Virus record (IMG/VR): IMGVR_UViG_3300047496_000087
Coordinates: 1-40,923 of that record
DNA length: 40,923 nt
DNA from: a virus
Strand: one strand, 5' to 3'
Shown here: positions 8,879 through 18,691 of the stretch, piece after piece
Layout of the letters: each line of letters opens with the position of its first letter
Numbering within the stretch: the first letter of the stretch is position 1
Notes under the pieces: model-generated
The model's database searches: none
What the model saw: only the letters and a program-made list of their open reading frames with translations
Told to the model about the DNA's origin: nothing
Position numbers and translations under genes: made by a program

Positions 8879-9061
8879 ATGGAAAACAAAAAAAAACGCT
8901 ACCAAATGAACTTTGATATGACCGAGAATGATTATTTTAAAATAAGAGAGTTGGCTGCACGAAGAAATATTAAACCGAGTACATGGGTTTTAAGGGCTAT
9001 AGGTAAGCAGATTATAGAAGATACAAGATTTGATAAACCAAGTAGTTTGCATAACATGTAA
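8879..9061 (+). CDS. Ribbon-helix-helix (CopG/Arc-like) DNA-binding protein, 60 aa
   Basis: RYQMNFDMTENDYFKIRELAARRNIKPSTWVLRAI fits a beta-strand, helix, helix pattern. It has its own promoter and RBS and lies on the strand opposite the surrounding late genes. Confidence 0.6.
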   Translation: MENKKKRYQMNFDMTENDYFKIRELAARRNIKPSTWVLRAIGKQIIEDTRFDKPSSLHNM

Positions 9062-9157
9062 TGAAAAATTTGACTACATAAGAAAAGGAAGAAAAAGAAG
9101 CTGGAAACACGTACCCATCGATTAAAAAGCCCCCGCAAGGAGGGCTAGGGATAAATT

Positions 9158-9334
9158 ATGGATATTGGATTGAGAATATTTGAAGTAGTAATAGTGGCAA
9201 TTATATTTTCCATACCAGCTTTATTGATCAAAGCTCTTTTAAAGGCTCAAAGAGATCCAAACAACTACTGGAATCAGCCTTGGAAAGTAGAAGTTGTTAA
9301 TTCATGCAAATGCATAAATGAAGAATGTAAATAA
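9158..9334 (+). CDS. Small single-pass membrane protein (58 aa; below the ORF-track cutoff)
   Basis: ATG preceded by AAGGAGGGCTAGGGATAAATT. Translation: MDIGLRIFEVVIVAIIFSIPALLIKALLKAQRDPNNYWNQPWKVEVVNSCKCINEECK. It has a hydrophobic N-terminal helix and is followed directly by a hairpin. Confidence 0.5.
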   Translation: MDIGLRIFEVVIVAIIFSIPALLIKALLKAQRDPNNYWNQPWKVEVVNSCKCINEECK

Positions 9335-9356
9335 AGGGATATATTTCAATCCCTTT
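9333..9356. terminator. Hairpin between convergent genes (AAAGGGAT / ATCCCTTT), probably a bidirectional terminator
   Basis: 8-bp stem and 8-nt loop with A/T-rich flanks on both sides. It lies between the stop of the plus-strand gene (9334) and the stop of the minus-strand gene (9361). Confidence 0.5.
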
Positions 9357-9360
9357 ATTA

Positions 9361-10521
9361 TTAAGAAATTTTGAATTCTGCTGCTAAAACATCTAAATCT
9401 TCAGACATCCTATCTTGAACCTGCTGCTCAAGATCTGCCGGGCGACGATTTCCGTTAGCCTTAACTATTTCTCGCGCTATGGTTGCTTGCTTTTTAGCGA
9501 ATGCATTTATTTCTTGTAAATTGGCTATAACTCTTTTCTTACCTGCATCTGACTGCATAAGAGTTGGTATAGTCTTCATGTAAGCATTTAAATCTGCATC
9601 AGTTATTCTAGTCCCAAAAACAGCCTTAGCCCCTTTAATGAAATCCGCAGAAAGCTTTTCAAACTCCTCTACGTCTTCATTCCATGCTCTATAAGAACTT
9701 TTCGCAAGTCCAGCCAATGGTGATATCAATCCACCTATTACACCGCCTATTGCTGCACCTGGAATATTACCCAATGCTCCTCCAACAGCAGCCCCAGCTC
9801 CTCCAGCTCCTACTACTCCTACATCTTCAATATCAGTTAAAAATTTCCATACAGCTGCATTTGGTAATTTACCTTTATCAATAAGCTTAAGCATCTTATC
9901 GAGACGTCTATCGTTATCAACAGCAGCTTTTTCTTCTTTAAGAGTAGTATTAAACCATTCCTTAGTTTCTTTATCGGCTTCTTTTTGAGCAGCTGCATCT
10001 ATTTGTTTTTGTTTGCCTTGAGCAATAGACTCAGCTAAATTTTTTGGTTCATTGGGAATACCTTCTTCAACTAATTTCTGTTGTTTTGGTAAAGATCTTT
10101 TTTGCTGTTCCTGCATATACGGCTCATAAGGAGTATATGATGCACCTTCTTCAGTCATCTCTTGAGGAACATTTGTCATTTGCTGCAGTGAACTAAGACC
10201 GCTTTGCTCTTGATTGTTGCCATAACCACCTTGTCCAAGCAGTCCCATTAGATCTTTTGCAATACCAGGCTTATTGGTTTCAAGTTGAGCAAGAAGAGCG
10301 GATGTTTTTTGATCAAAGCCACCTTGTTCAAAAAGTGATGCTAGCCCACTTACTTTTTGTTGTTGCTCATTGAGTTGTCTTTGTCTTTGTTGTTCAGCTT
10401 TATGCTCAGCAATACTTTGCATCTTTTGCTGCGTCAAATGCTCCAATCCTGTTCCCAAAGCTGATCCTAGTTGGGATCCTATGTGAGCATTCATGCTACC
10501 TATATTGTACGCCATCTTCAT
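9361..10521 (-). CDS. Internal virion/ejection-type protein (386 aa) with a coiled-coil and a glycine-zipper hydrophobic segment
   Basis: Q/E/K-rich low-complexity N-terminal half, then VGVVGAGGAGAAVGGALGNIPGAAIGGVIGGLISPLAGLA. It sits between the nozzle-like gene and the fibres, where T7-like phages carry internal core proteins. Confidence 0.45.
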   Translation of the reverse strand: MKMAYNIGSMNAHIGSQLGSALGTGLEHLTQQKMQSIAEHKAEQQRQRQLNEQQQKVSGLASLFEQGGFDQKTSALLAQLETNKPGIAKDLMGLLGQGGYGNNQEQSGLSSLQQMTNVPQEMTEEGASYTPYEPYMQEQQKRSLPKQQKLVEEGIPNEPKNLAESIAQGKQKQIDAAAQKEADKETKEWFNTTLKEEKAAVDNDRRLDKMLKLIDKGKLPNAAVWKFLTDIEDVGVVGAGGAGAAVGGALGNIPGAAIGGVIGGLISPLAGLAKSSYRAWNEDVEEFEKLSADFIKGAKAVFGTRITDADLNAYMKTIPTLMQSDAGKKRVIANLQEINAFAKKQATIAREIVKANGNRRPADLEQQVQDRMSEDLDVLAAEFKIS

Positions 10522-11249
10522 CCACCAAATTTAGTATTATTAACATAATTCCAAAGATCCTGGCCACCTTTTGCAGAATTAGCATAACTTGCATTTGATG
10601 TTTCGTTAGGGCCAAATCCACCCATTCCAGCAGTAGCATATTTAACAGCAGCATTAGCAGCTTTATCAAAGAATCCTGGTTGAGCGGCTTGTTGCATTGG
10701 TGTATAACGTCTTTGTAGACCAATATTTTGCAATGCTCCAAATCCTTGTTGACGATTCTGTAAAGCATGCTGGCCTTTAAGAGCAGATAGCCCCGATTCA
10801 AATTCATTACCAAGTTGCCCTAATTGTCCACCAAATGCTGGTGAACTCAATGCATTAGAACCCATTGATGTAAATCGTTCTGCAAGTCCTGGAAGAGTTT
10901 TTGTTTGCAAATCAGATCTTGCCTGATTCTCAAACGGTTCAAATCCTTGTCCCGGATTTTGTATTTGTCCCATAGCTTGCTGTAATGCTTGTTGTATTGC
11001 CTGCCATTGTTCTGGTTCAAAATTTTCATAATCATGGATACGTTCAGGAGTTCCGAACCAAGCTTCTTTAGCTCCTTCAGGGTCAGACCATGCTGTAAAT
11101 TGGGGAAACAGAACATGCAACCAAGAAGGTATATTTGTTTTTCCAGAATTCTGTTCAGCTAAGGCCTTGACTCCTTTACCACCAAAAGAACTGTGAGTTA
11201 AATTTCCTGATACAGGTTGTTGCTGCATCAGTTGCTGTGGATATGCCAT
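10518..11249 (-). CDS. Q/G/F-rich virion protein (243 aa), putative internal protein
   Basis: ORF with an RBS and a 4-nt overlap with the downstream gene. Low-complexity composition. Function unknown. Confidence 0.5.
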   Translation of the reverse strand: MAYPQQLMQQQPVSGNLTHSSFGGKGVKALAEQNSGKTNIPSWLHVLFPQFTAWSDPEGAKEAWFGTPERIHDYENFEPEQWQAIQQALQQAMGQIQNPGQGFEPFENQARSDLQTKTLPGLAERFTSMGSNALSSPAFGGQLGQLGNEFESGLSALKGQHALQNRQQGFGALQNIGLQRRYTPMQQAAQPGFFDKAANAAVKYATAGMGGFGPNETSNASYANSAKGGQDLWNYVNNTKFGG

Positions 11250-11257
11250 ACTATCTC

Positions 11258-11797
11258 CTAATATTTAATATACTCTACCACCAAATAAACGGTATCGAAG
11301 TCTACACCAGACTCATTAACAATAACAATATTTGAACTATCAACGGTCATTGAAATATAGGCTCCTGCAGCACCTGCGAATGGAATGGGGTAGTATGCCA
11401 ATGTCGTGGTGTTTGATGCCGCTCCATAAATCCTAGTAAATGACCATTGTTCGTTAATGGATAGGTAATGGGCTTTTTGGATGGTATCGGTATTATTGAA
11501 GGAAACCGTAACATTATAGACACGCCTAAAGACAGGCTTAAGATCAGTAGGACCAGCAGTGTTCGCATTAAAGAATAATTGCCCATTAACAAACTCCTCA
11601 AGAACATAGAATCCTGTGTCCTTAGTATTTACTGCTAGGGCGATGTTATTAATGTTCTGATACAACCTAACCAGCAGTTCTTTAAAATCATCACTATTAA
11701 CATTGATATCATCTAATTGATTCGTATCCCATATATTAGTAGTAGGTAGAAACGAACCCGTATTGATCTGTTGTTGCTGAAAGGTTGTATCTGCCAT
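11258..11797 (-). CDS. Structural-module protein (179 aa), function unknown
   Basis: ORF tightly coupled to its neighbours. I saw no recognisable motif. Confidence 0.6.
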   Translation of the reverse strand: MADTTFQQQQINTGSFLPTTNIWDTNQLDDINVNSDDFKELLVRLYQNINNIALAVNTKDTGFYVLEEFVNGQLFFNANTAGPTDLKPVFRRVYNVTVSFNNTDTIQKAHYLSINEQWSFTRIYGAASNTTTLAYYPIPFAGAAGAYISMTVDSSNIVIVNESGVDFDTVYLVVEYIKY

Positions 11798-11988
11798 TAT
11801 ATTCTCTCTATATGCTTCAAATCTTTGATATTACGCATGATCTCTTTGTCCATATAGTCATAAGCAACCTCGTATATAAGTTCCTTATCTTCATCATTAT
11901 TACGCTCCATTACATATTTAATGAGCGCTTCTTGACAGTTGATAAGTCCCGTTATTTGTTGGCATATATCGAATGTTTGTTTATTCAT
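11797..11988 (-). CDS. Small protein (63 aa), function unknown
   Basis: Its start and stop codons each share one base with the neighbouring genes. Acidic and helical. Confidence 0.5.
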   Translation of the reverse strand: MNKQTFDICQQITGLINCQEALIKYVMERNNDEDKELIYEVAYDYMDKEIMRNIKDLKHIERI

Positions 11989-14483
11989 TATTGCAGTCTT
12001 CCAGTAGTAGGTTGTGCGTACACCACAAGGGCGTGAAGTTGGAAATCACAGTTAGATATCTCTGGTGTTTGTACCTGTAAATCGCTCGAAACAATTTGGA
12101 ACTGTACCACTTCACCTTCAGCATCGAAGTAAATTGGATGCCATAATCTTGATGATGCAGCCTCATACGGTATAGTTGGATAGGCAAAAGTATCCAAAGT
12201 GCTTGTTCCAAGAAGATTTCCAGTATCTTCACTTTCTCCTGTTGGAGAGTCTACATTAGTTGAATAGTAATAATTAACCATCAATTGACCTGCTGAAGTC
12301 TTATCTACCATGAAGTCAATCTTGGATACATAGGCATTACGTCCCTTATCTACATAGAAATTGAATTCCTTAGTGTAGATGTCTATCTTACTAACACGTG
12401 CCATAAGACCAGACCCTGTGTAAGATCCAGTAAGCGGCGTTGTATAAAGTTCAAGGTTTAATGCAAAGTTAAAAGTATTTGCATCAGTATAAAGAGTTAC
12501 TTTGCCAATTCCGGTATTTAATTGAGTTATAGTCCCAGATCCTGTAATGCTGCTAAATTGTACAAAATCACCTACTCGTAGATTATGATCAATACTTGTT
12601 ACTGTTCCACCAAATCCAGTAGCATCTAAAACAAGATTGGTTATTTGTAGTACAGGAGCATTAGTTGGTTCATTCGTATTAACAATGAATGTATAGCCTT
12701 GTTGGTTACCTGCTATTACTTCTCGCTGAGCAGCTTGAGTATAACCAGTAGACCATGGTGTTTCATCTGACCAATTTGTTGTCGTTGAAGACCAAGTTGT
12801 ACCAGTAGATGGTTGAAAATAACCAAATACGGTTATAGAATCATCATTAAATGCCCATGTACCTGTTTTATAGTTATAAACAAGAACGCGGCTAGGATAT
12901 GGTTGATCAGCATCGTTACCATCAGTTATACCAGGGAATGTCCAATAAACAGCTTCTATGTCATAATCACGTATACCATAAACTCGTATAGGAGCATCAT
13001 TGTCTTGATGGATATTGAATACCTGCTCTGGAATAAGATCATCAATACGTTCTACGTTAGCACCGTTGCAGGCATGTATACCTACATCATCTATGCATAG
13101 TGCTACTTTATCAAATGGTACAGTAGAATAGGTTGATTCTGCACCAAGTTCGGTATTAATCTTCTGCCAAGTAAATGGTTGCACTTGGTTATTCGTATAA
13201 GCAAGTTCCCATGTAGAATGCTCAAAGTAAACAATGAGGCGATCTTTAATGAACTCTACTGATACTATTGCTTCAGTCGTTGCCGCATCAAGAGCATTAC
13301 CACGACCTGAATATCCTGGCGGTTGCAGCCATGCTGTTGGATCAAGAGGAGATCCTATTTGGGACCATCGAACACGATTAATATAAGGAACACCATTCTC
13401 TTTTGTATTGAGAAGGAGGAGTCTATTTTTAAATACAACGCACATTAATGCCTGATTAACTTTATTAGATGCTCCATACAGTATTACTGTATTAACCTGA
13501 GCTCCAGATATAACAAGAGCACCACTAGAAACATTAAATGTTCCTGTTCCCACAGTAGCAGAAGTATTTAAACTAGAAACATCCATAGCACCTGTAGCAG
13601 TCACTACGGTAAATACTGTATTTCCTATGACGAATATCTGACCTAAAGATCTAAAGGCCGGGGCTACTGTGGTTGATCTATTACCAGAACCATCAGTGCT
13701 TACTCCTAATGATATTGTAGCATAATAGAAATTACCAAAACTCCACTCATTAGTTGAATTATTAAGAACACGAATACCATCAGTATCGGTGTTGTTGGTA
13801 ACAAAAAAAACACGGTCTGAGTTGTTTGTCCCAACCCAGCTCGTGCCCCAAAAGAAGTTCAAGTTGTTGCCAGACCAAATATTCGCTCCGGTATTATCTG
13901 TTTTAACACCAGAAATATAGTTCCAGCCATTATTATAAAGATATGAATATTTGGTATCAAAACCAATGATAGTCTGTATGTTACTAGAACTATTAACAAA
14001 TGTTAAAAGTCCCATAACGGGCAAATTAGGATAATAATACAATGCGGTATTATGATCAGCTCCATCAATAATAACATTACCTGCAAGCCCACCAGAAGTT
14101 GAAAAAGTTGCTAATGTAGCAGCGCCGCTTTTAAGCATAGCTGCAGGAGTTCCTAAAGCATTAACAGTGAACGTTTGTGTTCCAATGGAAAATTGCTGAC
14201 CAATAGCAGGTGTAATGATAACATTGCCTGCACCATCAAGCGGTGTATAGTCATTTATATCGCCACTACCATTAGTATTATCAATGAGTATTCTAAATCT
14301 AGATTCTAAACTGGTATCTGCATCATTAACCCAGTTTGATCCAAAACGTTTTCTTACGCGGCCACGGAATATATAGGCGTTATTAAGCTGAGAAAATGCA
14401 TTATCAGCAATAGCGTATGGTTTGTAATTCGTTTGGAGACCACTGGTTCCATCAACATAACCAATATAAAATCTATCTGCCAT
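11988..14483 (-). CDS. Large tail structural protein (831 aa), putative nozzle / tail tubular B-like by position
   Basis: Start chosen at MADRFYIGY... (ATG 14483), one nt after the upstream stop. The N-terminal motif GTSGLQTNYKPYAI...RGRVRKRFG is reminiscent of the N-terminal region of T7 gp12-type proteins. It is the largest non-fibre structural gene. Confidence 0.45.
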   Translation of the reverse strand: MADRFYIGYVDGTSGLQTNYKPYAIADNAFSQLNNAYIFRGRVRKRFGSNWVNDADTSLESRFRILIDNTNGSGDINDYTPLDGAGNVIITPAIGQQFSIGTQTFTVNALGTPAAMLKSGAATLATFSTSGGLAGNVIIDGADHNTALYYYPNLPVMGLLTFVNSSSNIQTIIGFDTKYSYLYNNGWNYISGVKTDNTGANIWSGNNLNFFWGTSWVGTNNSDRVFFVTNNTDTDGIRVLNNSTNEWSFGNFYYATISLGVSTDGSGNRSTTVAPAFRSLGQIFVIGNTVFTVVTATGAMDVSSLNTSATVGTGTFNVSSGALVISGAQVNTVILYGASNKVNQALMCVVFKNRLLLLNTKENGVPYINRVRWSQIGSPLDPTAWLQPPGYSGRGNALDAATTEAIVSVEFIKDRLIVYFEHSTWELAYTNNQVQPFTWQKINTELGAESTYSTVPFDKVALCIDDVGIHACNGANVERIDDLIPEQVFNIHQDNDAPIRVYGIRDYDIEAVYWTFPGITDGNDADQPYPSRVLVYNYKTGTWAFNDDSITVFGYFQPSTGTTWSSTTTNWSDETPWSTGYTQAAQREVIAGNQQGYTFIVNTNEPTNAPVLQITNLVLDATGFGGTVTSIDHNLRVGDFVQFSSITGSGTITQLNTGIGKVTLYTDANTFNFALNLELYTTPLTGSYTGSGLMARVSKIDIYTKEFNFYVDKGRNAYVSKIDFMVDKTSAGQLMVNYYYSTNVDSPTGESEDTGNLLGTSTLDTFAYPTIPYEAASSRLWHPIYFDAEGEVVQFQIVSSDLQVQTPEISNCDFQLHALVVYAQPTTGRLQ

Positions 14484-14484
14484 G

Positions 14485-15138
14485 TTAGACCCCAACAGCA
14501 GTAAAGTTAAGAGATGCTGTCGCACCCCATTGTATTGCTATGCTGACATTGAAATTTACCAAAGGAGTAGCAGTTGGAACAAGTATTAGAGGATTATCAT
14601 TGCCTAATGGATTAACATTAGTATTTTTTAAAGTTAATTGAACATTAAATACTGATGTTTGAAACCCAGGAAATGATTGACCCCCACCGGTAGGATAATT
14701 AAAATAAAGTCCAGTATTAGGAATATTAGGCCCAACAGATGTCTGGTTGCCCCATAGCATCAATAACCCTGATGGAAACCTGGTCCATACGTAACTGTAA
14801 GTTATTGATCCTGGACCATTATTAAATGTATAAACACCTGTTCCATAAGTAGTTAATTCTGTAATAGTACCACTACTTTGTTGACGAATAAATAAAGCAG
14901 GAACCCCTGAAACTGCTGACGTCTTGGTATATACAACCATCTCTCCACCAATAGAGGTTGGATCATCCCCTTGAATTGGCATATCGAGTTTGCTATGAAA
15001 TCCCTGAGTCCCTAATGTATAAGGAACATGGTTGATCTTAAATGCAGCATCAATGGTTTGAAAATTTTGCTGTATGGGAACTTGAGTATCTGCAAGTGTC
15101 TGAGCTGCTTGAGGAACATCATTCAAAGTCATCGACAT
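14485..15138 (-). CDS. Virion structural protein (217 aa), function unknown
   Basis: ORF in the tail module with an RBS present. Confidence 0.6.
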   Translation of the reverse strand: MSMTLNDVPQAAQTLADTQVPIQQNFQTIDAAFKINHVPYTLGTQGFHSKLDMPIQGDDPTSIGGEMVVYTKTSAVSGVPALFIRQQSSGTITELTTYGTGVYTFNNGPGSITYSYVWTRFPSGLLMLWGNQTSVGPNIPNTGLYFNYPTGGGQSFPGFQTSVFNVQLTLKNTNVNPLGNDNPLILVPTATPLVNFNVSIAIQWGATASLNFTAVGV

Positions 15139-15149
15139 TATCTATCTCC

Positions 15150-16160
15150 TTAATAAGGCCAGTTCATTCCCCACCATCCACCCATGCCATATGTCTTACC
15201 AGTCGTGTAGATGGTAGTCGTACGTTCATTAGCTTGTTGTGTGAGGGTTGTTCTTAGTACCATTCTTTCTTGTTGTTTGAATTCAGGCATAACCATTTGC
15301 ACAGAATCAAAGTCAAATCTGTCTTGGAATATTTTCACCGAGGCACCATAAGCTATGTATTGCCACCATTGCTCCAAAAAGGGAACATCATCAGTTAGCA
15401 GCAATTCTGTAGGCCTTACATCAACTTCCATCTGTACAGAATATGACTTATCAGGAACAGGTCTAATCGTAAATGTATCATCGTAATAGAGCATAGCTAT
15501 AGGCTTGCCCGGCATATATGACAGATTTTCTACATAGACGGGCGCATCGGATTGAGTATTACTCGGAAAACTGAAATCAAACGCACCGCTTATGTAGTTT
15601 ATTGTTCCATAAACAGTAGAGGTATTGGTTTGATAATTGATAGTTACCAAGTTACCTTGTTCGTTTGAGGTAGGTTCATCAGTCAATATCATAGCATTAC
15701 CAAGTTCATCAAGGCAGTTGAATATAACGTCACCTTGAATCATAGGATGGGCTACTACAGTACCAATAAAAGGACCAGTTGTCCCATTGCCGCGAAGTAG
15801 AGTATCTGCAATAGTACTCGTTTGTGGGTACATGCCATAGAAAATGTCTCGTTTCTGGGTAAAGAATGAATTAAGTCCGGCAATGAATATAGGTGGGTGG
15901 GTAGCGATATACTTATTCTTAAAGTTATAGAGTGGATCGTTGGCATTGGTTGTTGTTGTAGAATAACTATCTACACCTGGTTGAGTATAAAAAGTAAAAG
16001 TAGATCTTAAAGAAAAGAGTCTTAAGTGCTCAGGAAGATCATACAATATAAAGGTATTAATATACTCATTCAATTGGGCATCAGTTAACTGAGAAGTACT
16101 GGGACTTCTAGTTAATCTACGCACTTTTGTCTGTATTGCCTGAAGTGTTGCACTTGCCAT
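15150..16160 (-). CDS. Virion structural protein (336 aa), putative adaptor / tail tubular A-like by position
   Basis: N-terminus MASATLQAIQTKVRRLTRSPSTSQLTDAQLNEYIN. The assignment rests on position only. Confidence 0.35.
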   Translation of the reverse strand: MASATLQAIQTKVRRLTRSPSTSQLTDAQLNEYINTFILYDLPEHLRLFSLRSTFTFYTQPGVDSYSTTTTNANDPLYNFKNKYIATHPPIFIAGLNSFFTQKRDIFYGMYPQTSTIADTLLRGNGTTGPFIGTVVAHPMIQGDVIFNCLDELGNAMILTDEPTSNEQGNLVTINYQTNTSTVYGTINYISGAFDFSFPSNTQSDAPVYVENLSYMPGKPIAMLYYDDTFTIRPVPDKSYSVQMEVDVRPTELLLTDDVPFLEQWWQYIAYGASVKIFQDRFDFDSVQMVMPEFKQQERMVLRTTLTQQANERTTTIYTTGKTYGMGGWWGMNWPY

Positions 16161-16217
16161 TGTCTACTCCAACCTAATGTCTAATAATCTTTGTACCAAC
16201 TCTAGCACAGGTTGCAA

Positions 16218-16616
16218 TCAAGGCAAAACGTTTCCTGCATTGAGTACGTTTTGGGTAGCTTCAGTCAATATACTAGCAACTTCTCCAATCGGGGTAACTA
16301 CAGCCGGAGTACCGAAGTGCCCCGGCTCGTAAGAAGGAACTACAAAGGGGTCCATTGTAGTTGTGTCAAGGGGCATAGTAAATTGAGTATCGTTAACAAC
16401 GGTAATAGGACCATAAAACTGATTAGCTCTATCCATGCCGAATCCACTAGGTATGTTCAAGCGAGCTATGAGTCCGGTAGAGTAATTATGGGGACCAGGA
16501 TTAACACCATCAAATGTTGTCGTTACTAATACCTGCGGAGAGTTAGTAAGTGATAAGATGTTTCTCATAGCTCGTTGGAACATCGGAGATTGTACAGCAT
16601 AGTAATTAGCCATCAT
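16218..16616 (-). CDS. Structural-module protein (132 aa), function unknown
   Basis: ORF whose start codon shares one base with the stop codon of the upstream gene 16616..17143. Confidence 0.6.
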   Translation of the reverse strand: MMANYYAVQSPMFQRAMRNILSLTNSPQVLVTTTFDGVNPGPHNYSTGLIARLNIPSGFGMDRANQFYGPITVVNDTQFTMPLDTTTMDPFVVPSYEPGHFGTPAVVTPIGEVASILTEATQNVLNAGNVLP

Positions 16617-17143
16617 TAGCCCTTGGTAATTGGATTCGCTACCACTTCAACGATATTCGATGGCATATCATATGAATCATCTTCATCAAAGTCTAGTGAA
16701 TGGAAAGAAAATCTATGAATCTTCTTAACAGCAGTATAAGACTGTGCAAGCAATACGCCATTTTGTGGTAAGTTTGGCGCATAAGGAGCCAAGCGAACAC
16801 CATCTGATCCTGTCTGTCCTGGTAACAATTGATGCTCGGTATAGAAACAACCGTTGTTGATGTGGTTCTTCACGCCACGCGGTATTCTATAACGTTCACC
16901 ATCACGCAATTCATAAACAACATTCGGTTCACCATGATACTTTTTATAGCTGAATCTCAAAATACCCAGTGATGCGCCCGCTGCTGGATTCTCATGGTTC
17001 TTAAACACACCAGTAACCATTTCAGCATCTTTTTCACGCATCTTACGGATCTGTTTTGCAAGATCCTCTTTAGATATTTTGTTTCTATTTGGGTTATACA
17101 AGTTCTGGCTTAAGACCGCTTCTTGTATTTCAGGTTTTTTCAT
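16616..17143 (-). CDS. Structural-module protein (175 aa), function unknown
   Basis: First ORF after the terminator-like hairpin at 17192-17216. Confidence 0.6.
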   Translation of the reverse strand: MKKPEIQEAVLSQNLYNPNRNKISKEDLAKQIRKMREKDAEMVTGVFKNHENPAAGASLGILRFSYKKYHGEPNVVYELRDGERYRIPRGVKNHINNGCFYTEHQLLPGQTGSDGVRLAPYAPNLPQNGVLLAQSYTAVKKIHRFSFHSLDFDEDDSYDMPSNIVEVVANPITKG

Positions 17144-17191
17144 ATTTCATTCCTTCTTGATATTTTGAAATAGTTAAAATTTTATTTCAAT

Positions 17192-17216
17192 GGGGAGGGG
17201 CTGTTCCACCCTCCCC
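17192..17216 (-). terminator. GC-rich hairpin (GGGGAGGG / CCCTCCCC) downstream of the capsid-region genes
   Basis: 8-bp G/C stem read directly. On the minus strand it is followed by an A/U-rich tract (AUUGAAAUAAAAUUUU), which is not a clean U-run. Confidence 0.5.
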
Positions 17217-17223
17217 TGAATGT

Positions 17224-18273
17224 CTAGTTATTGTTAACGCTGAATGACTTACCAGCAACCCAATAAATAACATCGTTCAATACGCCAGCAGGTGAGCTAG
17301 TACCTGGTTGGAGCAAGATTCCGATATATCCTGTGTTGTTGGTAGCATCACCGAGAATATTGACATTGGCAGACAATGCTTCAGCAGTATTCTCACCAAT
17401 TGGCACAACTTGCGCTGGTGTGAAACCAGGAGCTGTAGTCAATGGGAATGCGAATGCGGTAAAGCCAGTAGTATCAACATCGATGGTAATAGTATTTGTA
17501 GAACTATTAACACCAGCTGCACCAACTGCAACAATCGTTGCTTGTACACCATTAAGATCAGTCATGCCATAAGCAGTTGCTGTAACCGTTGGAACGATCA
17601 AGCGAACTTTTTGCCCTACTGTATAACCATGCGTAACAGAAAGGGTAACAACAGCTTGTGTTGCTTGGCTGATACCTGTAATGATACGACGAGCTGGATA
17701 ATAAGAAGGATCAAATGGAATGACGCGGTATGTTCCTGTACCAGCGTTAGTAGTAACAGTAGCCATGTTGATTAAATCAAAGCTTGTATTACTTACTACG
17801 TTAGCAACAGAGAAATCAAGGCCGCTTAGTTGCAAGTTTCCTGCAACATTGAAGATACGTACAACACCAGCTTGTTTGTCAGCGCCTACCACAGCGGTAA
17901 CAGGCAAGTTATTGGTGTTAGCAGTAGCTACAAGAGGAGTACTATGCGCACCGCCATTACCAGTAATACCGGAAATAGCAGTTGATGCGCCAGGAATATT
18001 GACTGATGAATCAACCAAAAAGAATCCAGCGTTAGCTGCAATCTGTGCAACTGCAAGAGCATTGGTAGCGGTTGTTTTGGTATAAACAGTACCACGTCCT
18101 TGCGTCATGCCACGTTGCCAGTAGAATTCTGCGCCAGTGCTGCCACCAGCTGCATATTGAACCGTTTGGTTGTAGACCCACATCCAATCTAAATCAGAAC
18201 GAATCTGAATAGTCGTTGGTGTACCAGTAGAAGTAAATCTACCTTGGTTTGTACCGGTAAATATAACACTCAT
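17224..18273 (-). CDS. Virion protein (349 aa) immediately downstream of the major capsid gene; possible capsid decoration or accessory protein
   Basis: 10 nt separate it from the MCP stop, and a hairpin follows it. It is Thr/Ala/Gly/Val-rich and looks beta-rich. No motif recognised. Confidence 0.4.
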   Translation of the reverse strand: MSVIFTGTNQGRFTSTGTPTTIQIRSDLDWMWVYNQTVQYAAGGSTGAEFYWQRGMTQGRGTVYTKTTATNALAVAQIAANAGFFLVDSSVNIPGASTAISGITGNGGAHSTPLVATANTNNLPVTAVVGADKQAGVVRIFNVAGNLQLSGLDFSVANVVSNTSFDLINMATVTTNAGTGTYRVIPFDPSYYPARRIITGISQATQAVVTLSVTHGYTVGQKVRLIVPTVTATAYGMTDLNGVQATIVAVGAAGVNSSTNTITIDVDTTGFTAFAFPLTTAPGFTPAQVVPIGENTAEALSANVNILGDATNNTGYIGILLQPGTSSPAGVLNDVIYWVAGKSFSVNNN

Positions 18274-18283
18274 GGTCTACTCC

Positions 18284-18691
18284 TTAACGTAGTGTACAAC
18301 GCATGTTGGTGATCCAAAGGTCATTTAAGATCCTTGGAACCTCAGCAAACGTGTACCCAACTGTAATGTTTTGAGCCAATGCATCAGAGTAGATCGCAGG
18401 ACGGTAAATGAACTGCGCTGAATAGTTATCTTGTTCAACACAAGCCAATGATTCCATACCTTGTACAAAAACGTTATACACGTTATTACCAAGAGCAGAA
18501 GCATTAGGAGTGATAGAAGCAACAGAAGACACCATAAAGCGAACGTTGTTAACCGCGCCCCACTCACTTTCCGTAGCTTTTGCGCCACCTTGTGGATAGT
18601 TCCACTGTGGAATAAAGTTAGGCAAGTTATTGAGGTCTTTAACCAAGTCAGTGTGCGCTAATGCGAGGTACGCATTACGAACAGGAGCTGT
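18284..18691 (-). CDS. Major capsid protein, exon 3 (135 codons plus stop)
   Basis: Begins TAPVRNAYLALAHTDLVKDLNNLPNF... directly after the intron's terminal G, in frame with track ORF 18284..18646. The C-terminal part looks like an HK97-fold MCP (...EWGAVNNVRFMVSS...). Confidence 0.85.
   Translation of the reverse strand, partial: TAPVRNAYLALAHTDLVKDLNNLPNFIPQWNYPQGGAKATESEWGAVNNVRFMVSSVASITPNASALGNNVYNVFVQGMESLACVEQDNYSAQFIYRPAIYSDALAQNITVGYTFAEVPRILNDLWITNMRCTLR

Noticed and set aside
8885-8896. A9 homopolymer at codons 3-6 of the RHH gene as a phase-variation switch
   Set aside because: It encodes Lys-Lys-Lys in a Lys-rich N-terminus. One tract alone is not evidence for slippage, and population data would be needed.
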